A stretch of 64,000 nt of DNA from Takakia lepidozioides (lineage: Eukaryota > Plantae > Bryophyta). The stretch lies in contig CM060731.1 of assembly GCA_030704615.1 (NCBI GenBank), positions 1,426,001 to 1,490,000 of the forward strand. Direction: 5' to 3'. The notes beneath the pieces were generated by a model. That model did not search any database. It was not told the DNA's origin and saw nothing but the letters and a program-made list of their open reading frames with translations. Both the position numbers and the translations under genes were made by a program. Positions 1 to 13,067 of this stretch are shown in pieces (position 1 is the stretch's first letter; each line of letters opens with the position of its first letter).

Positions 1-2792
1 TTTAAGAGAGCTATGAATAAGGAATGGTTTTGGGACAGTCCAGGAATTCTGGCTACACTAGCTTTCTCTTAGGAGTTCAGCAGGTTTACTTATGTCAACA
101 ATGAAGATTTCATTTCAGTTGAGAGGGGTTTCAAGTGGCTGCCCATTTCTGGGGGGTTGTCTTCTCACCGAAAAGCTTCTTGTAGAGCTAAGTGCAGACA
201 CAAAAGTGAGCGCCAGCCTCTTGAACCTCTCTGTACTTTATGATGGTCCAAGGTCAAAGTTGTGTCTGTTGCAGTGACACCTATGCAGAACTCATTGCTC
301 CCCTTGAAAACTCGTAGGATTACAAATTTTGTTTCATGATTTGACTAATTTGAGATTGTACTATTCATGTAATAACCTTATCGAATATTGTTTTATGTGT
401 GTTTTAGTACATCAACATCAAAAGATGACCAGAACAGGGTAGTTTTGGAAGTCGAATAGTGCCCATCTGCAAATTTATAAGCTTAGCTGGCAAGGACCAT
501 ATGCATGGACCTTGCCTTCTGTGGTTGGTTTCTTCCCATATATGAGGGTTTACCCAGCCCTTCTCATTTCAAACTTGCAACTTGTCAAGGTTCTCTCATT
601 TTGCTGCTGGCACAACACCTGACTTTAGGCCCAATATCTCTCTGAACAGTGATGGGTTGGTTCTCAGGCACATGCAAATACACATGGTCTGTATATTCTC
701 ACTATCCTGACCATTGTATAAACTATTGATGAAATGGTTACTAACATTCACAGGACAGGTGGTTGCAGAGGTGTGAAGTGCATCTTATACATTATTAGTT
801 TTGAATGTTGCATGGATTAGTAATGTCAAAACCACAGTGTTACAACTTCTATTATGTGATAGTAAGGTTAACTTGTTGAACTATCAAACACAAACCTTTT
901 CCCATATTGTGGTAACTTTTTCCTGACCACCCTCTTTTACTGTCAAAGAGGGTTGAGGGTTTTTGTTTTTTCTCCGTACCAGTACCATTTGAGGAGGAGG
1001 GCATGAGTTTCTCTAACAAGAATTCTCCTTCAATTCTAGCTGGGTGGTTGCCCCAGCTCCCCCCTCTCCAGAGACTTCGTCTTTTGTGCAGTTTGATAGG
1101 TATGATTTTTAACGTTCAGAAGAATGCCCAAACTCTTGCACCATAAAATGAAGAGAACTAACTTTTGATGTTTACAGTTTGCACTCTTGCAAGGCATTGG
1201 AAGGTCAGTCATAACATCTCACAATAATGCCATGCCCCTAAGAACAATTCACAGAGGCCTTTGTACGAATTAAATTCAATCAACATGAGACACTTGCCAG
1301 TCTGAGTGAAGAGATGGTTGTTTTACCATCATATTTTGAAGAAAATTGCAGAGTAATCAAGTAAACATTATGCATGATGGATTTAGTAACTCTTTTGACT
1401 GCCCATGCAGTTGGATTCAGGTCATATATTTTTGTACCCTCATGATTTGAAAGGTTATATTTTAGCCTTGCACTTTTTTCACGTTGGAATCTAAATTGAG
1501 TTATCGACCAGTACTTTTATCAAAAGCAAGTTTTGGAGGTTGAAATGAGATGGAATAAATCATTTGTTGTTTACTTTGACATAAAGTAAGGAGTCGATTG
1601 CCAAGATGCAATGCACCCTCCATGGTTAACAGTTCCATGCTCGCATTTCAGGACTTCGTTCCCTTTTTAAGATAATAAATGGACTCAATGATAGACCTAT
1701 CAGGGCTGATGGATGGTTGAAGGCACAATTTTTTTTGAAGTACTTAGGATTTGAACCTGGCGGATGAGCCCTGAGCCTCAACTCATCCAAAGAACGTCAG
1801 GTCATACTTGTTTCTAATGTATCCATCCATGGTATAAAATATGGGGAAAAGCAGAGAATGAAGATGAGAAAGGATTGATTAGAGACACATGCAACATCCA
1901 TGGCAGTCATGTAATGAGCCAATCTTAGGAGTCCTCTTTATTTTCTGATTTAAGGGGTCTGCTAACATTCATTGTAACTTTGCTTGAAAAATAAGTTATA
2001 ATACTAAGTTGAATTGTCAAATAGTTATTTATGGTCAGGGTGTCTTTCCATCTACCTTGAATCCCTCATATATAGACTCACCTCACCACCCACCCATTAA
2101 AGTAACCTTACCCAAAACCCCTCGAATAAGAAATGCGCCTTAAAAAAACATTTCCTTACAAGGGATTTTTTCTCTGTATGGGCAATGTAATTTGGAACCC
2201 ATCCCAAGTTGTTTCTTAATTTTTGGAGTCTTTAATATAAGACTTACCTATTCACATTCAGTAGGCTTGCCTCTTCACGGTAGTAGACTCACCTTTTCAC
2301 CTCAGTAGACTAACCTATTCAAACGTCCATCTACAATTCTTCATCCAATGGTGTAAATGTGTGTTCTATGTGAATCCTGCGTAATGTGACGGATTTCCAA
2401 CAATGTTGGTTTTTACCTTATTATATGGCGTCAATCCACTATCCACTCGCACACCCACTATCCATGACCAAGAAGTTTGATCATTTCCAGTTGGGCCATC
2501 AATGGATGAAGGTTGGCATTCATGTTACAACTGTAAGATAGGGGCACCGGCTAGCATCAAATGATTTTGGATCATTGGGGAGGACAACAGTATGGATGAT
2601 AGGAGTCATCCCAGAATATCACAAAGGCCTCTTTCATGTGGGAGAAAAATAAGAGGAAGTGAGGAATGCAATGAAAAAATGTGGGTCGAATGAGGGACCC
2701 CAACACCCACTCGCACTTCAAAGACGGATCCGAGTTGGGCGTCTGAGGCCTGCTATGGAATCTACCATGCTAGTACAAAAAAGGCACCACAC

Positions 2793-2969
2793 AAAAAAAG
2801 TTTAACGCCTCCTGAAGGGAGCGTAACTTATGGTGTCACTTCACCACAAGGGCTACTACCTTCCAGCTGAAAGGTGGACACCTTCATGACACACCAGACC
2901 GTGGTTTGAACCCACAACCATATCCAACGTGGTATGTGCCCATTACCACTGGGCTACATGCTGGTTGTC
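2793..2969 (-). mobile_element. tRNA-derived SINE with 12-bp target-site duplication
   Basis: The minus strand carries Pol III A-box-like TAGCCCAGTGG and B-box-like GGTTCAAACC and ends in a T7 tail. It is flanked by a perfect direct repeat AAGGCACCACAC at 2781-2792 and 2970-2981. Confidence 0.8.
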
Positions 2970-3422
2970 AAGGCACCACACGTTAGACTCCCAAACTATC
3001 ATAGGGACACCATGATGAATAAATTTATTTTTGGTCCTAAAGCTCTGGCCACACCTGGAGTTAACTCAATGTTAAAAGGAAGTTATTAAATTTAAAAAAA
3101 AAATCACTCTGGATCCACAGCTGCCGGTGGTAGCTAACATCAGATTGGGGCAGAGACAAGTTGATGTTAGGAAAATGGTAATTAACACTCAATCTTAAGT
3201 ATTTATTTCATATACATTGAAATGATAGTGTTAAGCTATCACCACAGAAATAGGCCAAATAACATGGTGTTATGTAGCATTCCTTATGTTCCCCCCCTTT
3301 TGGCATTCCCTTATGTTCCCCTAAGTTTCCCTGCAATCACCCGGACGTCCTTCGTCACCCCCCGCATCACCTTCGCTCTATTCGCACTACTCTGTCTATG
3401 CTCTTCAAGGTACAATCCTGCG

Positions 3423-4653
3423 ATGGAGGCGATGGACCAGACAGGCAAAAACGGCGAAGGACATGACGATCAAAATGAAGAGCAAGCTCCTCCGAACAGT
3501 ATGTACAATCTTCGCCCATTGAATTCAATATTCGTTGAAGTTCTTTTGGATTTCAATTCTTGAATCTATCACAACACATTAAATGATTGAAATATGTGGA
3601 CAGGAGGAGGTCATGCATCAAGAGGGAGAGGTCAAGGGTCCAGAGGAGGTGGGAGAGTAGGAAAGGGGAAGAAAAAATGTCTGATGAAAATGCGCAGCAA
3701 AATTTTGAAACCTCTGAAGGCAGACAAAGAAAGGCCAAAATCAGACAGCCCAATTGGGAACATTCAGAGATCATATCATTGATCAATGCGAAAAGAGACG
3801 AGTATTTTGCAAGTGTGGACATGGTGGACCCCCACGACTAGTTTGAAACTACAGTAGTCAAGTGGCGCAAGATTGCTCACAGTATTATAAAAGATGGAAA
3901 TTCCCCACACCCCCGCAATGGACCGGCGTGTAAAGACACGTGGGGATCAATATATGGAGACTTCAAAAGAATTCATGACTATATGCAGGGGACCGGCCAC
4001 AATGAGGTATACTGGGACTTGAGTCCGGCTGAGAAACTGGGCTTCAATCTACCCAGACATTATAGTCGCAGCATGTATGAAATGATAGATGCGTTTATGG
4101 GGATTAGACCCATTTTCCAGCCACCACATGCTCGTGATCACATATGTATGCAAGAAGGGGACAATGTCCACGTCCCACCTGGTATCCATGTACTAGACTC
4201 GGATACATCAGATCATGTGCAGCAAGAAGTATAGCCTCAAAATCATGGTGAACAGCAGTCAATTACATGCCATGAGCAACACTGATACGGAAGGGTCCAC
4301 CAATTCAACCCTGAGTTAGGAAAAATGAGTCCAAGAACACTCCCCTTGCCTCTGCTCATGTCTATGGTGGTACTCAAGAATGCCCAATTGAGCTCAGTAC
4401 TGGGTTTCAAGATGCAATGACAGATGCCATGAGGTAGCCAGTGTTCACTGACAACTCAGACTGTTCAGTTCAATTCATGTCGAAGGCACCCAATCGCCAA
4501 CCAGTGGGCAACACTGGGGTGAAAAAAAATCCCTCCTCAGTTCACACTAGCATGGTGGAAGCTACGGAGAAGGGTAACAAAATGCTTACTAAATCTCTGG
4601 ACAAAATCCGAGAGTCTCAAGAGGCTGTGATCAACAAACAACGAAGAAACTAA
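3423..4653 (+). pseudogene. Myb/SANT-like (trihelix) DNA-binding gene, probably the accessory gene of a PIF/Harbinger element; disrupted
   Basis: RQPNWEHSEIISLINAKR...KWRKIAH...RNGPACKDTWGSIYGDFKRIHDY...YWDLSPAEKLGFNLPRHY is a trihelix-type pattern. It reads through an in-frame TAG at 3839-3841, with further stops after 4232. A probable intron lies at ~3500-3603. Confidence 0.7.
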
Positions 4654-4699
4654 TCAGACGCAGCGCAGCATGGTAGAGGCAATATTTGGCCTGACCCAG

Positions 4700-4985
4700 A
4701 TAATGGGAATGGCATTTGGGCGACATGCGAAAGGCAGCCCTTTCTTGCCCTTTCTTTCATCGCAGCCCTTGTTGGCGACGCCAGGTCGTCGCATGGTGGC
4801 ATGAATGGCAAAAGGCATTGGCGACAGTTGGGCGTCGCAAACAGGGGCTGCCCAATTCTTTCAAAACAAAAAAACAGATCACATCCTGCGACGGCTTGCC
4901 GTCGCCGTTTGCGACCCCCGGCCTCATAAATCCTAAAAAATGCGTCGCAGTTTGCGACGCGTGGGGATCGCAGGTAGCGACAACA
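4700..4985. repeat. Cluster of short GCGAC-(N7-9)-GTCGC inverted motifs, TE subterminal-like; followed by (TTTAGG)n and a ~30-nt poly-T
   Basis: Examples are GGCGACGCCAGGTCGTCGC, GGCGACAGTTGGGCGTCGC, TGCGACGGCTTGCCGTCGC and GCGTCGCAGTTTGCGACGC. The poly-T is at ~5028-5057. Confidence 0.6.
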
Positions 4986-5025
4986 GGGCTTTCTAGGTTT
5001 AGGTTTAGGACCTTTGGGGGTTCTT

Positions 5026-5056
<31 letters not shown>

Positions 5057-5615
5057 CCATATGGTACTGGGGTAGGGTGTTTGTTTTTCTTTATGGTTTA
5101 GCTTGTTGTTGTGACTTTCTTATAGATTGTGACATTCATTTTGATAATTCTCTTGATACCACATCTATATGTGTTGCTCCAACATATTCATTGCCTCTGT
5201 CTTCTTTCTTGAAAGACTACCAGCCACAACCATATTTGATCAATCATAGAAATAAGCTACAATATGCATGTACGTGTACAATCAATCGTAGGGATGGGTA
5301 CAGTTTGGTGCGAGAATCGGAAGAAGGTGCACGACTATTCACATTGTTGTTGTCGTGCTGACGAGGTGCATTGTAGTTGGATGTTGATGTAGTTGCATGA
5401 CAACAACAATGCAGAAGAGCTTTGACATCTGCTAATAAGTCCAAATTCTTTTGAATACAATATCAGTGATATATACTTGCAATTTTCAATGAGGGGAAAA
5501 TATTCCCAAAGACATTTGAACTACATGACATTTGATGTACATTTTTCACAGCATATTTCACTGCCTTGCAAGAAAGATTTCAAGGTTGGCCCTGATATTT
5601 TCTCCACTTATTTTC

Positions 5616-5860
5616 CTAACTTGCAACAGGCAGGTACCTTGGATCTCTAGCAGGTCTATTAGGTCCAGCATGTCGAGGTTGAGGAGGTTCGTGTTGATAT
5701 GCTCTTTGTTCTTGTTCAACTTCTTCATCTTTAGCCATCAATGCCATGATATGTTCCATATCAATTTTCTTGCGAGCAATTATCAGATTATGTAGTAATG
5801 CGCAACAGGTCACCATATCAAGAACTAGCGTAATATGGAGCATTGTTTTTCCAATGGCTA
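5616..5860 (-). pseudogene. C-terminal fragment of a PIF/Harbinger DDE transposase
   Basis: GKTMLHITLVLDMVTCCALLHNLII matches the HARBI1-type C-terminal (A)CCxLHN motif. It converges on the Myb/SANT-like gene, and its upstream part is replaced by the Gypsy remnant. Confidence 0.6.
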
Positions 5861-5939
5861 TTGCCCTCCAAGAGCTCACCATCCCAAGCCACCACCCTTG
5901 AGAATGTACCCAATGTGGGCATCATGTTCCTATGATCCA

Positions 5940-8527
5940 CCGCTACATTCCCAATAAACCGCACTAGGAGCAGTGCACGTCGGCCATCTCCTGACTGTCA
6001 CTCCGGCATGTAGGATGTCGTTTCCTCCCAAAAGTCCAAAGTAAATCCCATGGGGTACAACACAGCCCCACCAACAAGCACATCATAGGACATCGCGTCC
6101 GTAACAATGGCTTTAACTCTTATGACTAGGATGATCTGGCTATATTCGAATGAAAAGCTCATGGCATATAATCCCCCGCGCCTTCTCTGAACCACCCAAA
6201 GATGTTTAAATTTGGAAAAGGCAAGGCTCCAAGTCCGCCTCTGTAAGGCCCAAGCCTGCAATTGCTGCTCTCCCCAACATCAAAGGCTGTGCTCCCGAGT
6301 CCAACAAGATCCGCAGTGGCCTATACCTCCTCCCGGTTGGACCACCCAACTACAACACTCCATCTTGATTGTCTACCAGGACTACTCCAGGAACCACCAT
6401 GCTGCGCGCAATGGCTGGCCTAGCTGGCAACTCCTTCAACTTTGCAGCTGCCGCTTGCCATGACGCAATTGTGGCTGACTTCACCCTCGAATCCAAAACA
6501 TCCATAGACTGCACTTTATCTGCTATCTCCGCAGATAGTGCCGATGCATCACCGCTCTCATAGAGTCTAGCTGTTAGTCTGAACACAGCAGCTAACTGAA
6601 TCTTCGGCATTGCAATGGTCATTGCAGAAAACAATGGAGCTTGACAAACAACCATAGCCACCCCCAACAATGTACTGGCTGCATCTTGCTTTGCAGCACC
6701 ACCCACTAGTATTTCCCGAGCCACACCTACTCTCCCCAATGACACTCGTGGCTTTACCTCTGACACATTTGGGCGAACGGGTGTCATCGATGGCGTAGTT
6801 GGCACTGTTTCAGCCAATGCAAAGGACTGTGGAAGCCTTGTCTGACGACTTGCTTCCCCCCTTTGCAGATCAAAATCCACATCCGCTCCTCTTGGCTCAG
6901 GAGCACGCGTTGCTGCTCGAGTGACAGTAGCAGCAGAGTCCAGTACATGCAATGCCCCTGCAAGTGCAGCTCCACACATGAAGCCCATACCAATCTGGTC
7001 TTCCCTAGGCATAGGAGGTTGTGCAGGTGGGGCTTGAACCTCAGGCCTTGGAGCTGGCGCAACATGAGTAGTGGCCATGGCAGTAAAACGTTGCTCTAGC
7101 TAGGCAAGTCTATCCACCATGCCTTGGTCATGACCTTGACCCTGACCTTGTGCTCCTTGGTTTTGGTTACGACCTCTACCACGACCTCTACCTCCTCTAC
7201 CTCTCTGGACTACATTGTCTCGTCCTCGGCCACCATTGTTCCCTTGGAACTGGCCTGGCCGTAGCTCAGGATATAAGTCATAACAATGGGCCTCATCATG
7301 CCCATATTTTCCACAATGCCCATAGTGTAGTTGTGTAGGCTGTGTCTGTACCGGCCCTTTGCCTCTCTCCGGGCAATCCTTCTTGACATGGGGTCCTCCA
7401 CAATCCCAACAAGTCACACCCGACTGTTGTTGGCCTGAGAATGAAGGAAGAGACCTCTGCATCTGAGATCCTCTCTGTCATTCCCTGGGCTTCGCCTGAG
7501 CCCCCTTGTTGCCTTGAGCACGTTGGGGAGTTGGTTGTTGTTGGCTAAGAACTCCACTTCGTTGTGTCTCCTTGCCAAACCCCACCATAACCACTTGCTC
7601 CTCCACCATATTGAGCTCTATCCGCTCTGCTAGCAAAAACACATTTGTTAGGGTGGGTTGGGCCACTTGTAGAAGAGTTGCATCCCGCACCCTTCTCCTC
7701 AGCTCCTTGTCCAAGATCCCATACCAGAACTGGACTGCCTGAGCTTCTGTAACCCCTTGGGTTACGTTTATCAAGCGCCTCATGCGAGTGTAAGCCTCCC
7801 TCAAACTCTAAGTAGATCTTCGTTGGAACTCTTGCAAGCTCCGCAACTTCTCTGTCTTGATCCCTTGGTAGTTTCTCCTCAACTCCTCGAAGAACTCCAC
7901 AACTGGGTTAAAGGCAGGCACGGGTGTTGGTGCTGCAACAGGAGCTTGAGTGGATTTCCCAGCTCCTGTACCACTTGTCCCACTACTAGTGCTTGCAGTT
8001 GGAGATGTTTGTGTAGCTGCTGGTGTCGCCGCTGCCCTTGTGCCTCTAGTGATGGAGACATAGTTAGGTGACCAATACTCTCGCCACTCCTCAATCTCCA
8101 CCGCATGTCCCCGCCTAAATTCATGGTAATCATCCATGGGCGGCCCCTCAAGGTGCTGGAATAGCCCCTTCCACGCCATAAAGGGCGTAAACAGTTGTGG
8201 ATTGCGCATTTGCTGCAAATCACACCAACTGTCAAACTCTTGTACGAAGTCATCAAGCTCGATGGTGCCCACAGCTCCAGAGTACCTACGTGGCCCCTTG
8301 GTAGCTCCATACATCTCCTCCATCGTGTCCCACAACAATGGCACGGAAATGACTTGCACCCTCGGCGAGAATCCTCCTGACTCCAAGTCTGAACCTTCCT
8401 CAGAAGACACTGAAGGTGAAGGTGGCCTAAACCACACACCTCGTCTTGTGTACCCACTAGTATCGCTGGTGCTCGTATCGGCACTCCCCTCAGCAACTGG
8501 TGACATCTCCATGATGAAAACTCGCAA
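5940..8527 (-). mobile_element. Ty3/Gypsy-type LTR retrotransposon remnant: gag (capsid, zinc knuckles) plus aspartic protease, with stops and frameshifts; no RT/IN seen
   Basis: Gag-like ORFs lie at 7808-8527 and 7478-7804. Knuckles CWDCGGPHVKKDC and (Y)GHCGKYGHDEAHC are in 7100-7462. The protease motif ILLDSGAQ is at ~6285-6310, read past the TAG at 6350. Confidence 0.8.
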
Positions 8528-9287
8528 CCCAACTGACTGTCAACCTGTCTCTAATCCCCACTTTCCACAAGGTAACCGGGTAGGCTAGTGGTTCAAGCAG
8601 GAATAATAGATTTCTAACGTAGACCTGTACCTGCACCTGCATCCACCGCAAGCACTCCTATGGTCTGCTGGTCATCAACCCAGCCTCACCATAGAAGAAA
8701 CACTAGTGGTCTTGTTGGTCATCACTCCACTCACCACCGACAACATACTCTAGGATTGGCCGGTGATCAAATCCGGACCAACCTCCTATGAAAACAAGCG
8801 CCCACACAAAGCTAACATGGCGCACAATCAAGCATGCAAGTGTGGAGGGGATCCAAACACAAGAAAATCAAGACAGCAACTCCCCCACACCAAAAACACT
8901 CCACAGTGTCGCTCCTGCAAGGACGCCCTAGCCCAAACCCGGACTGACTCTTGCCTCCACCTACGGAAAGGTTTTGGCCTACAGAGAGGGTGAAAGACTA
9001 TGGGGAAGAGAAACTAAAGCAATTCCTAACCCCAGAATGCTCTCATCCCACCACTCTTCCACATGTCTCTATCCACTCGCTTGTATGGCCATGGCAAGTA
9101 TCCTTCAAATATCCCTCAATCAATCCTTCAAGAGCTCTTCAACATTGTCCACCAAAGCTCCTCGAAGGGTCCTCCAATACTCCTCCAAGGACCCCAAAGA
9201 TCCTCCAAACACTCCTCCAAGGGCCCTCAAATATCTTCCAAACAATCCTCCAAAGGCCCTTAAATTTCACTAAGTCCTTTCAATGTT

Positions 9288-9590
9288 GATACCTTAACAG
9301 AGGTATAGTCTGAGGTTGCTAGGGTCCCTTATGTTGATGATATCTTTACAGAGGTATAGTCTGAAAATGAGGGTTATATTTGGTATACTAACAGAGGTAT
9401 AGTCTGAGCTGATTAGGGTCCACATATGGTGATACCTCAACAGAGGTATAGTAAAATGGACAAGCTCATGTTTGGTATACTAACAAAGGTATAGTCTCAC
9501 ATGAGGGTTCACATATGGTGATACCTCAACAGAGGTATAGTCAAAGGGACAAGCTCCTGTTTGGTATACTAGTAGAGGTATAGTCTGAGC
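9288..9590. repeat. Array of 7 hairpin-capable motifs ATACCTC-AACA-GAGGTAT(AGTC), period ~45 bp with ~90-bp dimer structure
   Basis: ACAGAGGTATAGTC or a close variant recurs near 9297, 9347, 9391, 9439, 9483, 9529 and 9572. Confidence 0.8.
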
Positions 9591-11197
9591 ATACACTATT
9601 AGGGTTTGTAATGAAGAGCTAGAATGCAAGTCCTTGACTTCTATGCTTCTACTCAAGTAAAAATATGGTCTCTAGGTGGTCATAAGAGGCATCTTCTTGC
9701 TCTCTTCCACCCCAATGTGCAACCAAGAGTGGTCCAACTCAACTTGCAAGTCATTGTTCACCAAATCAATCCCCCTTTTAGTCCTTGGGATTTGATTGCA
9801 AACATTGTTGAGCAGTCATGCATTTGTCTCCTCATCACTTGACAATTGCTCCAAATCAACACAAATTATCTCAATGTGTAGGAGCAATGCTTGTCACTTA
9901 CAATAATGCTCCCAAGCAATCCGCCTTGGATCCCACTCTCACGCCATATGCCTCATTTGGGGTCTTGCACCAATCCATCATCCATGTGCTCCCCTTGGTC
10001 ATTTGAATGCATGTTCCATGACCTCTTGGCCTATGTGTTGTTCTCCTTCATCATAACATGAATCAACACATCTCCACTTCACACACAAATAGATCTCAAG
10101 GCCTTCACCTCTTGCTAGTTCAAGAGCTTCATTTCTCAAACTTGAACTTACAAACTCAAGAGAGCATGCTCCACACATGCACCACTTGCTTGGTCAACTA
10201 TCCACCACAAAGCTCGCACTACCAAGAGCATGAATAGCCAAGTATTGCCTCCCCCTCTTGTCACATTACATAGTTAGGGTGAAGCTATGCATACATTGAA
10301 TGATGATTTCCCTTCAAGGATTTCCCACCATATGTTCTCCAAGCCCTTCCAATGGCGCCCTAAGCTTGGCTGCTCACCACCATGATTGGAAGTTTTCTTC
10401 ACATGCTCCCTTTCAAAACCTCCTGAGCTTCTTAGTGCTCTCCAAGTACTTGCCCTTGTTGTCTTCAAGCCCAAGCCTATATAGCTCATTGGCTTCTTTT
10501 CCACAAAATCCACACTTTGAACTTGTTTAACCCTAACTTGATAGTGAAATGAGCACTAATAAGCCTTTAGTCACTCTCCACAAGCCATGGTGCACACCAT
10601 TGACTCCATAATGTATACAAAAGATTCTCAAACACTAGAATCATTGCTTCCACACACACAAGACTTCGTCCTTGCAATCCTTGCAAAATCTTGTAACTCA
10701 AGAGCTCCCTTCTCAAGCTCTCCAACTCCTTGGTGCATGCAACACCCGAGCACCTTTCTTTGCAACCCTTTGCAAGCCTTGTGATACAAGAGCTAAATTC
10801 TCCTAGCTCTCAACCTCTTTAACATACAAGTGCAAAACTAATCCTTACACTCCGCACTCACAAGCATAAGGAGATCTTCTTGTAGTGATAAGAGATGAGA
10901 AATGAGAGAAGTGGAAGACAATGAAAGCTCTCTAAGCATGAAGCAATCACACTAAGAACAAGCCCTAGTCCTTCCAAGTGAAATCCACTCTATCACATAA
11001 ACTAAGTAAAGACAAGGGCACCTTTGCTTAAGGAATCCACCCTACAAAGCCCTCAACACATTCCCTCTCAGTACCTAGAGCTATGGAGGTGAGAGAGGCT
11101 CATGGAGGCTCAACTACAAGAAGATGAGCCCTCCTCAATCCTCACAAGGGGAAAAACCCATCCCCATGTCCCAAGTGAGGCTTGACACCTCACTTGG

Positions 11198-11978
11198 CAT
11201 ATGAGAGCAGAAGAAAAAATGCCCGAAAATTCGTAAATATTCCCGAAAAGATGTTGCGGCGAAACTAAAATTGGAAATTTGTGCTCACGGGGACCAAATC
11301 GTGCGCAGGTGAGCAGACTAGCCACACGTAGACGGGTTACTCACCCTATCACCCTAATTCGTTAGGTTTAGGTTACGTTAGGTTACGTTAAACCAAACAC
11401 AATACATTTTATTTCACCCACGAAACTATAAGATAATGCCCTATGCAATGATACTTGGAAATTCCGCCGGCGAAATCCACTATTTCGCTGGAAAAATCCA
11501 CTATTTCGCTGACGAAATGCACTATTTCATTGGCAAAACCCACTATTTCGCTGGAGAAACCCACTATTTCTCTGGCGGAACCCATTATTTCGCTAGCGAA
11601 ACCCTATACCTTGATTTATTTCGTTAATGAAACCCGTTGTTTGCCTCATTATATTAAATTGTTCAACTATTGTTTGGTATTTGTGTGTTTTGGATAGTGT
11701 TGGTTATTGTGACTTTGTTTTTCTCTAACGTGTTATTCTTTTGTACAATACCAAAGCTGTAGATATATGGAACTTGGAGCTTGTAGATATACATTATGGG
11801 TGTTTATTTCGCATTAGGGTTTTGGGGTTTTATTCCGTTTTGAAAACATATAGCTCCTATGACCGCGGTTTAAAAACATAAAACCCCCATGACCGTGGGT
11901 TTGTGCTCACGCCATTTGTGCTCACGCTCTACCAACCCCCCGTGCTACCGGGCAAGCCCGCATCGGCCTTTTATCTAA
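11198..11978 (+). mobile_element. Possible non-autonomous Helitron-like element
   Basis: A GC hairpin CGGGCAAGCCCG (11949-11960) lies ~14 nt before CTAA (CTRR, 11975-11978), which is followed by T. There is an internal minisatellite, and TTTGTGCTCACG is repeated near both ends. A 5' TC terminus was not identified. Confidence 0.4.
11469..11605. repeat. 21-bp minisatellite (GCGAAATCCACTATTTCGCTG) x ~6.5, each unit internally palindromic
   Basis: The tandem units are directly visible. GCGAAAT/ATTTCGC arms flank a 5-nt loop. Confidence 0.9.
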
Positions 11979-13067
11979 TAAATACGTCCCTTCCAGAAGT
12001 CGGGAGTTGGTGAGGTTGAAGAAGGGTCACTAGTAGCTATGGTAAAGTGTCCTAATAATGCTCACTTTCAGCATGCACTTGTCACATTTTGCTTAACCTA
12101 ATGGATTTATTTATTTTTTAATTTTTACATGGGTCTTTTTTTTTTACAGGTGGCAACCCATAAATATTTTTCATTATGTAAAATCTATTAAATTGAGAAT
12201 AACCCATCAGGTTTTCATGCAGTGGGTATGGGATCTCTGGAAACGTAGAAAAATCCCTAATATTGCGCACTTGATTGCGCGCGCATTCAAATGTGCAATA
12301 TTAGGACATGACACATTTTCTTCAGGCTTTCTTCACATCAGTACATTGAAAGTCCCATAGACATCCTCTGAATCTATGACTACATCCTAGTGATGCATTG
12401 ATCAGGTAACTGGAGAAGATATCTTGATAAAGTTTTAGGGAGGTTTCCAGTTTCTGCTAACTTTGTCAACTACTTCCAAGCAATAATGTCCTGGAACAAG
12501 GCGGCCAGCCCCATAATGACAGATAAAAAGTAACCATATCATAGAAAACATGAAGAGAGGAGGAATTCTGCTGATGGCTAGCTTTGTGAATAATTGCTTT
12601 AGAAGTCTGGAAACTCTGCAAAGCTGAGCGGCAAATGAAAGACAACACTAATGTACGATGGTTCAATCATGAGAATAAGATACACCACGTGGAGAGTTAA
12701 TAGAAAACAGAGCAGCAAATGTGGGTTCTGAAACTAATTTTCTTGTTCGCTCAAAAAATGGCTTGTATCCATTTGCCATGATAAAGTTGCCAGAGAACAC
12801 ATTCCTTCCTGTGAATGCATGGCATTCTATCTATTTTCTGTGTTTGCCAGGTTAGCAGATCCCGATGCAGAATCTCTCTCACACAGTGAATCATATTAAA
12901 CGTAGTCATCCCCTGTTCATTCCCTCATCGCCAAAGAACTGGTACATAATTTGATAGATCTAGCATAAATATGCAGCCATTCTTTGATGTTGTTGCACCG
13001 TGCACCAACATAACACCGATGTCTTTTATGCTCTTGGTGACTTGAAAAATTGAAACACATTGTTTAC

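Noticed and set aside
1-2780. Host gene exons or transposase remnant
   Set aside because: There are some splice-like signals and protein-like stretches, but no consistent frame or recognisable motif.
4990-5010. Interstitial telomere
   Set aside because: There are only about 3 TTTAGG units, not TTTAGGG arrays. Similar short motifs occur at ~11360 within TE-like DNA.
9600-11150. Assignable transposase
   Set aside because: It is strongly CpG-depleted and stop-ridden, so the family cannot be identified by eye.
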